From an uncultured bacterium (GTDB taxonomy: Bacteria; Verrucomicrobiota; Kiritimatiellia; CAIKKV01), in assembly GCA_938038445.1 (NCBI GenBank), contig CALHRZ010000010.1:16757-80756 (forward strand): a DNA stretch of 64,000 nucleotides, in the 5' to 3' direction. Numbering within the stretch: position 1 is the first letter of the stretch; each line of letters opens with the position of its first letter. Below, one piece after another: positions 55,655-64,000 of this stretch. Position numbers and translations under genes: made by a program. A model generated the notes under the pieces. The model was given only the letters and a program-made list of their open reading frames with translations. It did not search any database and was not told where the DNA came from.

Positions 55655-56512
55655 ATGAGCGAGATCGCACAGATTCAGAAGCAACATGGCATTGTGGGCC
55701 GGGAACGGGAGATGCGTCTTGCGTTGGCGATTCTGCAATGTGGGCGGCATCTGTTGCTCGAGGGTCCTGTGGGGGTGGGTAAAACGACGGTTGCGCTGGC
55801 GGTATGTGCCCATCTGGGTCGGCGCGTTTGGCGGGTGGATGGGGACGACCGGTTCACGGAGCAAAAACTGACCGGGTGGTTTGATCCGCCCTTGGTGCTC
55901 AAGGCGGGGTATGGGGATGAATCCTTTACGCCGGGACCTCTGCTCGAAGCGATGGAGGTCGGGGGCGTTTTGTTCATCAATGAGTTGAACCGGATGCCGG
56001 AGTCAGTTCAGAACGTTCTTCTCCCCGCGTTGGATGAAGGGGTTCTTCAGATTCCTCACCTCGGAGAGCGCCGAGCGCGCCCCGGCTTTCAGGTCGTGGC
56101 AACTCAGAATCCGATTGAATATGTGGCCACCGGACATCTTTCCGAAGCGTTGCGGGATCGATTTGAGCATGTGGGGTTATCCTATCAGAGCGAGGAAGAG
56201 GAGATTGCGATTGTTCGGCGCCATGTTCCGGATGCGCCGCTCGAGCTTGCAGAGGAGGCGGTTCGCTTGACGCGCGCGACACGGCAGCATACGGCCTTTC
56301 GACGGGGCGCTTCGGTGCGGGCGGCCATTGCCATCGCGCAGATCGCGATGGCAATTGGGGGCCCTTCCGCCTTGTCGCAGGCGGCGGAAGCTGCTCTGAC
56401 GACTCGGGTGGAGGTGAACGAGACGGACGGATCGGGGTTAAGCGGCGTTATTCAGGCGATTCTGGCTGAAAAAAAAAAGAGCTGTTCGAATTACGCCCCG
56501 TCCCTGATCTGA
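55655..56512 (+). CDS. MoxR/CbbQ-NorQ-type AAA+ ATPase
   Basis: Walker A LLEGPVGVGKTT, Walker B VLFINELNR and the short (~285 aa) CbbQ/NirQ/NorQ-like size fit. It starts 9 nt after the paaK-like gene. Confidence 0.75.
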   Translation: MSEIAQIQKQHGIVGREREMRLALAILQCGRHLLLEGPVGVGKTTVALAVCAHLGRRVWRVDGDDRFTEQKLTGWFDPPLVLKAGYGDESFTPGPLLEAMEVGGVLFINELNRMPESVQNVLLPALDEGVLQIPHLGERRARPGFQVVATQNPIEYVATGHLSEALRDRFEHVGLSYQSEEEEIAIVRRHVPDAPLELAEEAVRLTRATRQHTAFRRGASVRAAIAIAQIAMAIGGPSALSQAAEAALTTRVEVNETDGSGLSGVIQAILAEKKKSCSNYAPSLI

Positions 56513-56607
56513 GTTTTTCGACCTCCCAATCCTTCCCGCAACTTCCATGCAAGCCGGAGGAACGTCGCCGGAGGGTCTGTCAGCATTATGGCCAGAACGA
56601 AACGCGA

Positions 56608-57390
56608 TTGGACGGCTGGAAACTGGCGGAGACCGTTTCCGAACTCGGGTATGAAACGACAAATCCAGCCATCCGGGAGGAAGCGGTTCGGCTGGCGGCC
56701 TGGGCGGTGCTACGCCGGGCATGCCGTTTGGTCGGGCCGTTAAGGCTCAGCCGACGCAAGCGGCGGGAGGTGATGCGGGAATCGTTTCGGGGGGAGCTTG
56801 AAGTCGAGTTGACGTTGGACAATATATTGGGTAAAGAGATGCCTGAACCTCACGATTGGATGGCCGTATTGCCGGAGGAGCATGCACGGGCGGTCTGTCT
56901 GATGATGGATGTGTCCCTCAGCATGTCGGGACGTAATCTCGCATTGGCGGCATTGGCGTGCGCCGTACTGGCGCTCAAGATTCCCCCGGGCGACCTGGCG
57001 TTGGTGGCCTTTGACAGCGTGGCGCGTCGGTTGGTGGCGTTGGGGGAAAAGGTTTCGGCAGAGGAAGTGATTCGGCGAATATTGCGGTTGCCGGCTCGTG
57101 GTTATACGAATCTTAAGGATGCGTTACAGACCGGAGGAAAAGAATTGAGCCGTGCCCGGAGCGGAAAGCGTGTCGGCGTGTTGGTGACCGATGGGGTTGC
57201 GACGGTTGGGGAAGATCCTCTGTCGGAGACAAGGCGTTTTCCGCGGCTTCATGTCTTGATGACGGAAGATGGGAAAACGAACGAAGTTCTATGCCGGAAG
57301 ATGGCAAGCGGGGGACAAGGGCAACTGCTCCGGATCCGTCGGTTGGAAGAGATGCCGGCACGGTTATTGGAACTGGCGAATCGGCTATGA
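56608..57390 (+). CDS. von Willebrand factor A (vWA) domain protein, partner of the MoxR ATPase
   Basis: The MIDAS motif DVSLSMSG lies in a VWA fold (...VLVTDGVAT...). A start further upstream via a non-ATG codon is possible. Confidence 0.6.
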   Translation: MDGWKLAETVSELGYETTNPAIREEAVRLAAWAVLRRACRLVGPLRLSRRKRREVMRESFRGELEVELTLDNILGKEMPEPHDWMAVLPEEHARAVCLMMDVSLSMSGRNLALAALACAVLALKIPPGDLALVAFDSVARRLVALGEKVSAEEVIRRILRLPARGYTNLKDALQTGGKELSRARSGKRVGVLVTDGVATVGEDPLSETRRFPRLHVLMTEDGKTNEVLCRKMASGGQGQLLRIRRLEEMPARLLELANRL

Positions 57391-57406
57391 AAGGACGGGC
57401 GTTTCG

Positions 57407-58393
57407 ATGATGACAGCGCGAGAGATCATTTTGGCGAATGCGAAATCTGACGGCGCGGACCGGCCGGGGTTCGACTTTGATGGCGGGCGGCGCCGAGACA
57501 TTCTGTGGGCGGGGCTGTCACCCTCTCGGCGTTGGAAAGAGCGGCGATGGAGAGAAGGAGGGTTCGAGTATTATGACGATGCCTGGGGAAACATCTGGCA
57601 TCGGAAACCGGATATGTCTGCGACGGGGGAGGTTTGGAAACCGGTGTTGGAGGATTGGGGAAAGCTGGATGCGCTCGTTCTGCCCGATTTCGATCATTCA
57701 GAACGATATGAGGATATGGCCAAGGCATTCCGAACAGATCCGGACGACCGGTTTCACATGGCCTTTTTGCCGATGTGGATATTTGCCGTCAGCCGTTATT
57801 TGAGGAAGATGGAAATTTATCTCACCGATTTGATCGAGTATCCGGAGGAGATTGACGCCTTACACGGGAAAGTGGCCGATTTGGCCGAACGGGTAATCCG
57901 GCAATGTGCGGAGGCGGGAGCGCATGGGGTGTTTTTCTGCGAGGATTGGGGAGTTCAGGATCGGCCGTTGGTATCGCCGGCCATGTTTCGAGAACGGTTC
58001 GCACCGCATTACCGGCGGCTGACGGCCGCGGCTCATGATCGCGGGCTTCTCGTGTTCATGCATTCGTGTGGGAACAATACCCAGCTGCTGGAGGATTTTG
58101 CCGATACTGGTTTGGACTGTTTTCAATTTGATCAGCCGGCGGTTTATGATATGCCCGCTCTGGCGGCTTGGATGCGAAAACGGAAGATCGGACTTCATGC
58201 CCCGCTGGATATTCAACGGTTTCTCCCTACGGGCGACCGGGCGCTGATCGTACGCGAGGCCCGGCGCATGGTCGAACTATTTCGCGGCGGATTGATCCTC
58301 AAGAACTACCCTGATCTGAAGGGAATCGGGGTTCAACCCGAATGGGACCAGTGGGCCTATGAAGAATTTCTGTCGGCCGCCGATCTGTCCTAA
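57407..58393 (+). CDS. Uroporphyrinogen decarboxylase (URO-D) family protein, second paralog
   Basis: The start was trimmed to ATG 57407 (MMTAREIILANAKSDGADRP...). The URO-D-like length and motifs (FMHSCGNNTQLLEDFADTGLDCFQFDQP) match. It starts 16 nt after the vWA gene. Confidence 0.5.
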   Translation: MMTAREIILANAKSDGADRPGFDFDGGRRRDILWAGLSPSRRWKERRWREGGFEYYDDAWGNIWHRKPDMSATGEVWKPVLEDWGKLDALVLPDFDHSERYEDMAKAFRTDPDDRFHMAFLPMWIFAVSRYLRKMEIYLTDLIEYPEEIDALHGKVADLAERVIRQCAEAGAHGVFFCEDWGVQDRPLVSPAMFRERFAPHYRRLTAAAHDRGLLVFMHSCGNNTQLLEDFADTGLDCFQFDQPAVYDMPALAAWMRKRKIGLHAPLDIQRFLPTGDRALIVREARRMVELFRGGLILKNYPDLKGIGVQPEWDQWAYEEFLSAADLS

Positions 58394-58401
58394 AAACACG
58401 A

Positions 58402-58428
58402 GGCAAAAGTTTCTTGCTTTTTTCCGAT
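58402..58428 (+). terminator. Weak candidate intrinsic terminator after the URO-D-like gene
   Basis: A short GCAA/TTGC stem is followed by a TTTTTT run (ggcaaaagtttcttgcttttttcc). Low confidence. Confidence 0.2.
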
Positions 58429-58467
58429 TCGATTATTATCATTTCATTATAACTAGGAGGGATCCAC

Positions 58468-60561
58468 ATGAAAAAGAAGGTGTTCGTCATTCTGCTTTTT
58501 TCGGGTCTGATTGAAATCTGCGTGGGGGGATCGGTCTGGGACGGAGGAGGGGCTGATGCTTCTTGGGGGACGCCGGAGAACTGGAATTCTGATACGTTGC
58601 CGGCTTTTGATGGCACGGAAACCATTACGTTTTCCGGATTGTCAAGCGGGACCAACTTGACGCTGGACGGCGACCGGCGGATTCGTTCCATTACCCTTCC
58701 AACCGGAAACGACATTTCCATTAGGTCGGGCACGCCGTCGGGAAGTCGGTTGGAAATCCAGGGGGGCAGCATCTCTCTTTCCGCTAACACCCGAAGGCAT
58801 GCTTTTGATTGTCCGATTTTACTTTTGGGAAACGTTGCCGTCACAAACGCCGGCGCCTCCGGAGCATTTATTCGATTTCAGGGGCCCATTTTGGATGAAG
58901 GGGAGGGGTACGGGCTGAGCGTGGCGGGATTGCGAAATACAACGCTCAGTGCCAGCAACGATTTTCGGGGACCTGTCCTCTTGATGGCAGGCGTTCTCTA
59001 TGTGGCGGACGATTTTGCCCTCGGGCATGGGACATTGATCTACAGAGGCGGTGCCCTTTTCGCGAGCGGGAACCGCACAGTGACCAACAGCTTGGATATC
59101 GAAGCCACTCCATTCAATTTTGGAAATAATGGGGGCTCTGGGATGTATTTTACAGCCCCCGGCATTGTCTCGCTGAAGACCAATGTAGAATTCAAGTTAA
59201 CCCAGGCGACAGGCGCCGGATCTGAATTGCGATTTATGAACGGCATTCGGGAAGATATTCCCGGTTGTTCCATGACCCATAACCATAATCGAACCATGTG
59301 GCTTTATGGCACGAGCACCTTTACCGGACCGGTTATTCTTCAATCCGGCACCCTACGTTTTGGCGGCACGTTGATGGCCTCTTCGGTCCAGCAAAGCGGT
59401 GGAACCATTGAGATTGCTGCGCATAATCCGCTGGGCACGGGAACGTTATTTTTGGCGGGCGGGCGGTTTTCATCTGCGGGGACGCGATGGCAATTGGACA
59501 ACGACGCGTTTTGGAGCGGGACTCATGGCATTATGGTCAATGGCGGGTCCCACATTGACTTTAATCTCGACGGAGGGGCTGCGATTCTGACGGATCATAT
59601 GGTGTTTGATCATCGAGGGACCTCCTCCGATCCGGCAACATCCCCTAAATTCCATCGGGGCTTTCAGGAGACCAACGGGTCGTTTGGGATCACATGGAAA
59701 GGCAGTCCGTCGCGATACATCCGGTTGGCCGGCACCAGCACCTATACGGGACCGACCATTGTCACCGACCTGATTGTTCGGGTTGAAGCCGAGAATGCGC
59801 TTCCCACGAATACGGCACTGTCGGTTTTCAGCACGGTCCAAATGCTGGGTAATGCGACCACGATCGGAAGCCTGCAAGGCAATGGAGCGGTGGATACGGG
59901 GGGAGGGCTTTTGACCCTTGGGGGCGACGGAACCGCGTCGTATGAAGGAAGAATCATGGGCGCAGGGGGACGGCTGCTTAAGGTCGGGTCGGGCGTGCAG
60001 CGGTTGGCATGGACCAATCTTCAGAGCTATACCGGATGGACGCGCATTGAAGGCGGTATTCTTCGGTTGGACGATGGTTTGACGTCTCAAATCAGTCTTG
60101 TGGAAGTTGTGGGCGGCTGTCTGGGGGGGACCGGTCTCGTCAACCGTCCTGTACGAGTTTATGGCGGCGGACGGTTGGGCGCCCATGGGGTGACGGTGCC
60201 GGAAGGAGGAATGCTGAGAATTCCACGCACGGTGACGCTGGAGGACGAGGCGGCCCTGGTTTGGACAGTCGCGGCCGATAGTCAGGATCGGATTGCGGTT
60301 TCCGATCTCGTTCAGCAAGGGGCCGTGACCCTTTATTTGCGTAATTACGGACGTGCGATTCAACCGGAAGACACTTTCGAAGTTGTTCCCTACACCGGTT
60401 CGCTCACGGGGTTCGAACCGGGACAATGGACGTTGGATACTTCCGAGTCGCCCATTCCGATTTCCGTTCGGTCGGCGCAAATCGAGAATACAGGTGCTGC
60501 GATTGTAATATCTGGGCTTCGATCGCCGGTTGCTCCTGGAACGGTCATACAGATTCGCTAA
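58468..60561 (+). CDS. Secreted autotransporter-associated beta-strand (PATR) repeat protein
   Basis: It has a signal peptide (MKKKVFVILLFSGLIEICVGG) and a strong RBS (AGGAGGG). Repeated GTL...GGxL...G units are present. It ends ...VAPGTVIQIR. Confidence 0.5.
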   Translation: MKKKVFVILLFSGLIEICVGGSVWDGGGADASWGTPENWNSDTLPAFDGTETITFSGLSSGTNLTLDGDRRIRSITLPTGNDISIRSGTPSGSRLEIQGGSISLSANTRRHAFDCPILLLGNVAVTNAGASGAFIRFQGPILDEGEGYGLSVAGLRNTTLSASNDFRGPVLLMAGVLYVADDFALGHGTLIYRGGALFASGNRTVTNSLDIEATPFNFGNNGGSGMYFTAPGIVSLKTNVEFKLTQATGAGSELRFMNGIREDIPGCSMTHNHNRTMWLYGTSTFTGPVILQSGTLRFGGTLMASSVQQSGGTIEIAAHNPLGTGTLFLAGGRFSSAGTRWQLDNDAFWSGTHGIMVNGGSHIDFNLDGGAAILTDHMVFDHRGTSSDPATSPKFHRGFQETNGSFGITWKGSPSRYIRLAGTSTYTGPTIVTDLIVRVEAENALPTNTALSVFSTVQMLGNATTIGSLQGNGAVDTGGGLLTLGGDGTASYEGRIMGAGGRLLKVGSGVQRLAWTNLQSYTGWTRIEGGILRLDDGLTSQISLVEVVGGCLGGTGLVNRPVRVYGGGRLGAHGVTVPEGGMLRIPRTVTLEDEAALVWTVAADSQDRIAVSDLVQQGAVTLYLRNYGRAIQPEDTFEVVPYTGSLTGFEPGQWTLDTSESPIPISVRSAQIENTGAAIVISGLRSPVAPGTVIQIR

Positions 60562-60794
60562 ATGTTCGCGGCGCTCAAGATGGGAAGGTGAGGGTGGGCT
60601 TTGGCTTCGCTCCTCGGTGATGAAACAGAAACACGATGTTTCGTTGAGAGCGTTTCGGAACATCAACGAGTGGAGTTTTGGGGTAATCTTGGTTGGACGT
60701 TGACTGGTGAAAATGGGATGGGCTTGTCGGTGGCTCGGTTTTGGGCTAGAGTAAAAGGCGTTTTTGATGCAGGGGCCCCTTTTGAGGAGCGGAC

Positions 60795-62378
60795 ATGGCG
60801 AAAAAGAAAGTGTTGATTCCGACCAAGCTGGACAAAATCGCAGCAGAGATTTTGGAGGGGCATGGAGGGTATGAGGTCGTCCAAGACGACAAGACGGAGT
60901 TGCACGCGCTGGCTTGTCTTCATCCGGATGCGCATGCGCTGATCGTGCGAAGCGAGAAAGTGACGGCCGTTGTTCTCGACGCTCTCCCATCGCTCAAAGT
61001 GGTGATTCGTGCCGGCGCTGGTTACGATACGATTGACATTCGCCATGCCCGGCGGCGAGGGGTGGACGTCATGAATACGCCGGGAGCAAACTCCAACGCC
61101 GTCGCGGAAGAGGTGATTGCGATGATGTTGTCCGATGCCCGGCACATTGTGAGGGCGGATACGGACACGCGGGCAGGCGGATGGGAAAAGAAAGCCTTTA
61201 TGGGGCGGGAAATTGCGGGCAAGACGATTGGGATTGTCGGGCTGGGCAATATTGGCAGGCTGGTGGCGAAACGCCTATCCGGATTCGATTGTCGTTTTTT
61301 GGGCTACGATCCGCTGATCGCGCCTCAGCGTGCAGAAGAGTATGGCGTGACGCTGACGACGTTGGAAGTGCTGTTTTCGGAGTCGGATTATGTTACGCTC
61401 CACGTTCCCCTGAGTCCGGAGACCCGGGCAATGGTGAATGAAACTCTGCTCATGCGGATGAAGCGTGGCGCGACGCTGATCAACTGTGCTCGGCATGGGA
61501 TTGTGGACATGGCGGCGTTGCGGAAGGTGAAACCGCAGAAGGGACTTCGTTTTTTGAATGACGTTTACGAAAGGGACGAACCCGGGCCGAAACCGGACGC
61601 CGATTTGATGGATCTGATGCTTCCCCATTTGGGCGCCAACACGCACGAGGCCAATTGGAATGCCGCTCGTCGTGCGGCCGAGCAGTTGATCGAATACGAG
61701 GAAAAGGGGATTACTTCCTATGTGGTCAATCGGGACATTCCGGAGGGGCTCGATCCAGCTTATGGAGAATTGACGTTTATGCTGTCAAAACTTGCGCGGG
61801 CCCTGGTGGGCCGGGAGAGCAAGCTGACGCGGATCGAGACGAGTTTTTATGGAACGCTCGAACCGTTTGCGGACTGGTTATTGGTTCCGCTGGTTTCGGC
61901 GATCTGGAACGAGTTTGACCGCTCGATGGATGCGGGTGCCGCGCGCCATTTCCTGAAGGAGCGGGGAATTGAGTACCAAAATCGCAAAGGGGATCCAAAG
62001 AAAGGCTTTGCCAATTCGATTACGGTGGACATGACGGCGAGCATGGGGGGACAATCCCTTACGGCGGTGAGTGTGCGGGGAACCGTGGCGGAAAGCGCGC
62101 TGATGATCTCGCGGATTGACGAATTTGATCGGCTGTATTTCGAGCCGAAGGGGTTCACGGTTTATTTTCAATACGATGATCGGCCAGGGGTGGTGGGTGC
62201 GATCGGAATGGCGTTGGCGGCGGCGGAGATCAACATCGAGGATGTTCGCCATTCGCACAGCGAACGGAGCGGGCAATCGCTGGTCATGATGCGGGTCAAC
62301 AAACCCGTTTCGCCTGCGATGATTCGTCAGATCGGCGAAGAGATCCGCGCGTCGCGCGCTATTGCGCTTAGTTTTTAA
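60795..62378 (+). CDS. serA: D-3-phosphoglycerate dehydrogenase (SerA) with C-terminal ASB/ACT regulatory domains
   Basis: The NAD-binding motif GIVGLGNIGRLVAKR, the catalytic-domain pattern of 2-hydroxyacid dehydrogenases and a ~527 aa length with a C-terminal ACT-like region are present. Confidence 0.8.
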   Translation: MAKKKVLIPTKLDKIAAEILEGHGGYEVVQDDKTELHALACLHPDAHALIVRSEKVTAVVLDALPSLKVVIRAGAGYDTIDIRHARRRGVDVMNTPGANSNAVAEEVIAMMLSDARHIVRADTDTRAGGWEKKAFMGREIAGKTIGIVGLGNIGRLVAKRLSGFDCRFLGYDPLIAPQRAEEYGVTLTTLEVLFSESDYVTLHVPLSPETRAMVNETLLMRMKRGATLINCARHGIVDMAALRKVKPQKGLRFLNDVYERDEPGPKPDADLMDLMLPHLGANTHEANWNAARRAAEQLIEYEEKGITSYVVNRDIPEGLDPAYGELTFMLSKLARALVGRESKLTRIETSFYGTLEPFADWLLVPLVSAIWNEFDRSMDAGAARHFLKERGIEYQNRKGDPKKGFANSITVDMTASMGGQSLTAVSVRGTVAESALMISRIDEFDRLYFEPKGFTVYFQYDDRPGVVGAIGMALAAAEINIEDVRHSHSERSGQSLVMMRVNKPVSPAMIRQIGEEIRASRAIALSF

Positions 62379-63522
62379 GTGAGGGGGCGTCCGAAGAGGC
62401 CAGACAGACGCGAAGTGCGGCGGAGAAATCGGCCAGAAAGCGGGGGATGGAGAACTGTTCCGCTCGGCGGCGGATTGCGGCGGGGTCCCAAGGGATTGTT
62501 TCGGCTTTTTCAATCGCTTCGCGGAGGCATTCTTCCGTTTGGTATTCGAACAGCAGCCCGGAGACGCCTGGAAGGACGGTTTCGGTCGCACCGCCCCGGC
62601 CGAAGGCGATGACGGGGCGTCCGCAGGCCATGACTTCCAGCGGGATGATTCCAAAATCTTCCTCGCCGGGAAAGAGGAGGGCCCGGCACCGTTGGTAGAG
62701 ACGGCGCAGTTCGGCGTCGGATACCCGGCCGAGAAATTGGATTGTGGGTCCGGCCATCTGTTCCAGGCGGGGACGTTCGCTGCCCTCTCCGACGACACGG
62801 AGCGGCAGATGGAACCGCGTGCAGGTGCGGACGGCGAGATCGATTTTCTTATAGGGTACAAGGGCGGATGCCGCGAGATAGTACTCGGCGGGTGCTTCAT
62901 TTGAGGGGTGCCAGTAGGCGGTATCGGCGGGCGGATAGACGCAGAGTGAGTTCTGCCCGTAGAAACGGCGAATACGGTCCTGGACGTGGCGGCTGATGGC
63001 GACGAAGGTATCCACCGAGGCATTGGTCTGGCGGTCCCAGTGGCGTAGAAGCGCGATAGCGGGGGAGGCGAGCAATCGTCGAAGGGGTGACCTTCCGAAA
63101 TATTCCTCCCGGAAAAGCCAGGCGTATCGCATGGGGGTGAAACAGTAGCAGAGGTGTCGGCCTCCGGAAGGGCGGGGAAGTCCCTTGATCACGCAATGGC
63201 TTGTGGTGATCAGGAGGTCTCCGGTTGGGCGTGGCAGTGTTCGAACGGCGGAGGGGAAAAGCGGAAGAAGGTGACGGTACTGGGTTGCGACGTTGGGCCA
63301 CCGTTGCAGCCAGGAGGTGCGAATGGGGTGTTGACGGAGGCGATCCGAGATTGCGGAGGGGTTACAGAAAAGGGTGAGAATCGGCGCGCCGGGAAAGCCA
63401 TCGGCCAGCAATTCCAGGACCCGTTCGCCGCCGCGCATGCCGGTCAGCCAATCGTGGCCGAGCGTGACGCGCAGCCCGCGGGGCCAATCGGTGGGAAAAG
63501 TAAGGGAAAATGGCTCCATCAT
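62368..63522 (-). CDS. Glycosyltransferase family 4 (GT-B, GT1/GT4-like)
   Basis: The C-terminal motif is LLFPGEEDFGIIPLEVMACGRPVIAFGRGGATETV. The start at ATG 63522 overlaps the upstream GT stop (ATGA). Confidence 0.7.
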   Translation of the reverse strand: MMEPFSLTFPTDWPRGLRVTLGHDWLTGMRGGERVLELLADGFPGAPILTLFCNPSAISDRLRQHPIRTSWLQRWPNVATQYRHLLPLFPSAVRTLPRPTGDLLITTSHCVIKGLPRPSGGRHLCYCFTPMRYAWLFREEYFGRSPLRRLLASPAIALLRHWDRQTNASVDTFVAISRHVQDRIRRFYGQNSLCVYPPADTAYWHPSNEAPAEYYLAASALVPYKKIDLAVRTCTRFHLPLRVVGEGSERPRLEQMAGPTIQFLGRVSDAELRRLYQRCRALLFPGEEDFGIIPLEVMACGRPVIAFGRGGATETVLPGVSGLLFEYQTEECLREAIEKAETIPWDPAAIRRRAEQFSIPRFLADFSAALRVCLASSDAPSLKN

Positions 63523-64000
63523 TCGGGATTTTCCTGCGCGGAACACGCCGATTCGTATGCTTCGAGTGTGGCGGAAGCGGTTCGATCCCAATGGAAAGCC
63601 GCCGCTTGTCGAAGACCTGCGGAAGACATGCGTTCGGCGAGTTGGGGATCGAGCAACGGTTTGAGCAGGAGCCTGGCAAAATCGGCGGTATCCGACGGAT
63701 CGCCGTAGAGAGCGGCATTTCCGGCAATTTCCCGGAGTGCGGGAGCTGGGCCACAGAGGACCGGTGTACCGCAGGCCATGGCTTCGGCCACGGGAAGGCC
63801 GAATCCTTCGTAACGGGAGGGGAGTACGACCAAATCGGCGCGTTGGTAGGCGTCAAGCAACTCTTCGTCGGTGAGGTATCCTGCCCAGTGCACCGAATGA
63901 CCGAGTCCGAGGGACGCGGCGAGGAGGTGGGCCTCCGGATATCGGGGATCGGGTGGTCCGGCGATGCGAAGGAGGAGGGGGAACGGGGCTTCTTTTTGCG
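63519..64000 (-). CDS. Glycosyltransferase family 4, C-terminal part (gene continues beyond window end)
   Basis: The motif LVVLPSRYEGFGLPVAEAMACGTPVLCGPAPALREIAG is present. The reading frame is open to the window edge. Confidence 0.6.
   Translation of the reverse strand, partial: QKEAPFPLLLRIAGPPDPRYPEAHLLAASLGLGHSVHWAGYLTDEELLDAYQRADLVVLPSRYEGFGLPVAEAMACGTPVLCGPAPALREIAGNAALYGDPSDTADFARLLLKPLLDPQLAERMSSAGLRQAAAFHWDRTASATLEAYESACSAQENPE

Noticed and set aside
1-64000. CRISPR arrays, rRNA, integrases or prophage structural genes
   Set aside because: There are no direct-repeat/spacer arrays, no rRNA-like conserved stretches and no recognisable integrase or phage structural genes; none were called.

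Overview
This 64 kb window comes from a high-GC (~60-63%) bacterium and is densely coding on both strands. The gene content (a giant PATR/beta-helix surface protein, choice-of-anchor-Q caps, a sulfatase, DUF2961/GH172, a GH20-like hydrolase) is reminiscent of PVC-type or similar polysaccharide degraders, but phylum cannot be determined from sequence alone.

Main blocks:
1. 308-11187, minus strand: a tightly translationally coupled operon with five consecutive ATGA start/stop overlaps. It encodes, in order, two secreted hypotheticals, a NapH/MauN-like membrane polyferredoxin, a 2-hydroxyacyl-CoA-dehydratase-family protein with its HgdC/BadF-type ATPase activator, a molybdate/tungstate-type ABC transporter (binding protein, permease with an extra N-terminal membrane domain, ATPase with a TOBE domain), a second polyferredoxin, and a periplasmic PQQ-like beta-propeller. 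This is the most unusual and possibly undescribed system in the window.
2. A sulfatase, a degenerate transposase-like pseudogene at a low-GC junction, and a DUF2961 (GH172) gene.
3. A complete NikR-controlled nickel uptake operon (nikR, an outer-membrane-like protein, DUF4198/NikK, a NikL-like protein, CbiM/NikM, CbiQ, CbiO), followed by a metallophosphoesterase-PHP fusion.
4. A carbohydrate island: a GH20-like hydrolase, a URO-D-family protein and a sugar-phosphate isomerase.
5. Two tandem tRNA-Arg genes that are identical except for the anticodon wobble base (TCG versus ACG), with compact overlapping divergent promoters shared with uvrB.
6. uvrB, an FmdB zinc-ribbon protein and an Na/Pi cotransporter, then a 0.9 kb non-coding gap containing a 15 bp tandem repeat.
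7. Secreted beta-helix proteins, including a 3581-aa PATR/Calx-beta/LamG/FN3/beta-helix giant. Three secreted proteins share a conserved extreme C-terminal motif.
8. polA, then a 4-gene operon of a PaaK-like adenylating enzyme, a MoxR AAA+ ATPase, a vWA protein and a second URO-D-family enzyme; then serA and two GT4 glycosyltransferases.

Many long antisense ORFs in the track are GC-rich artefacts and were rejected.
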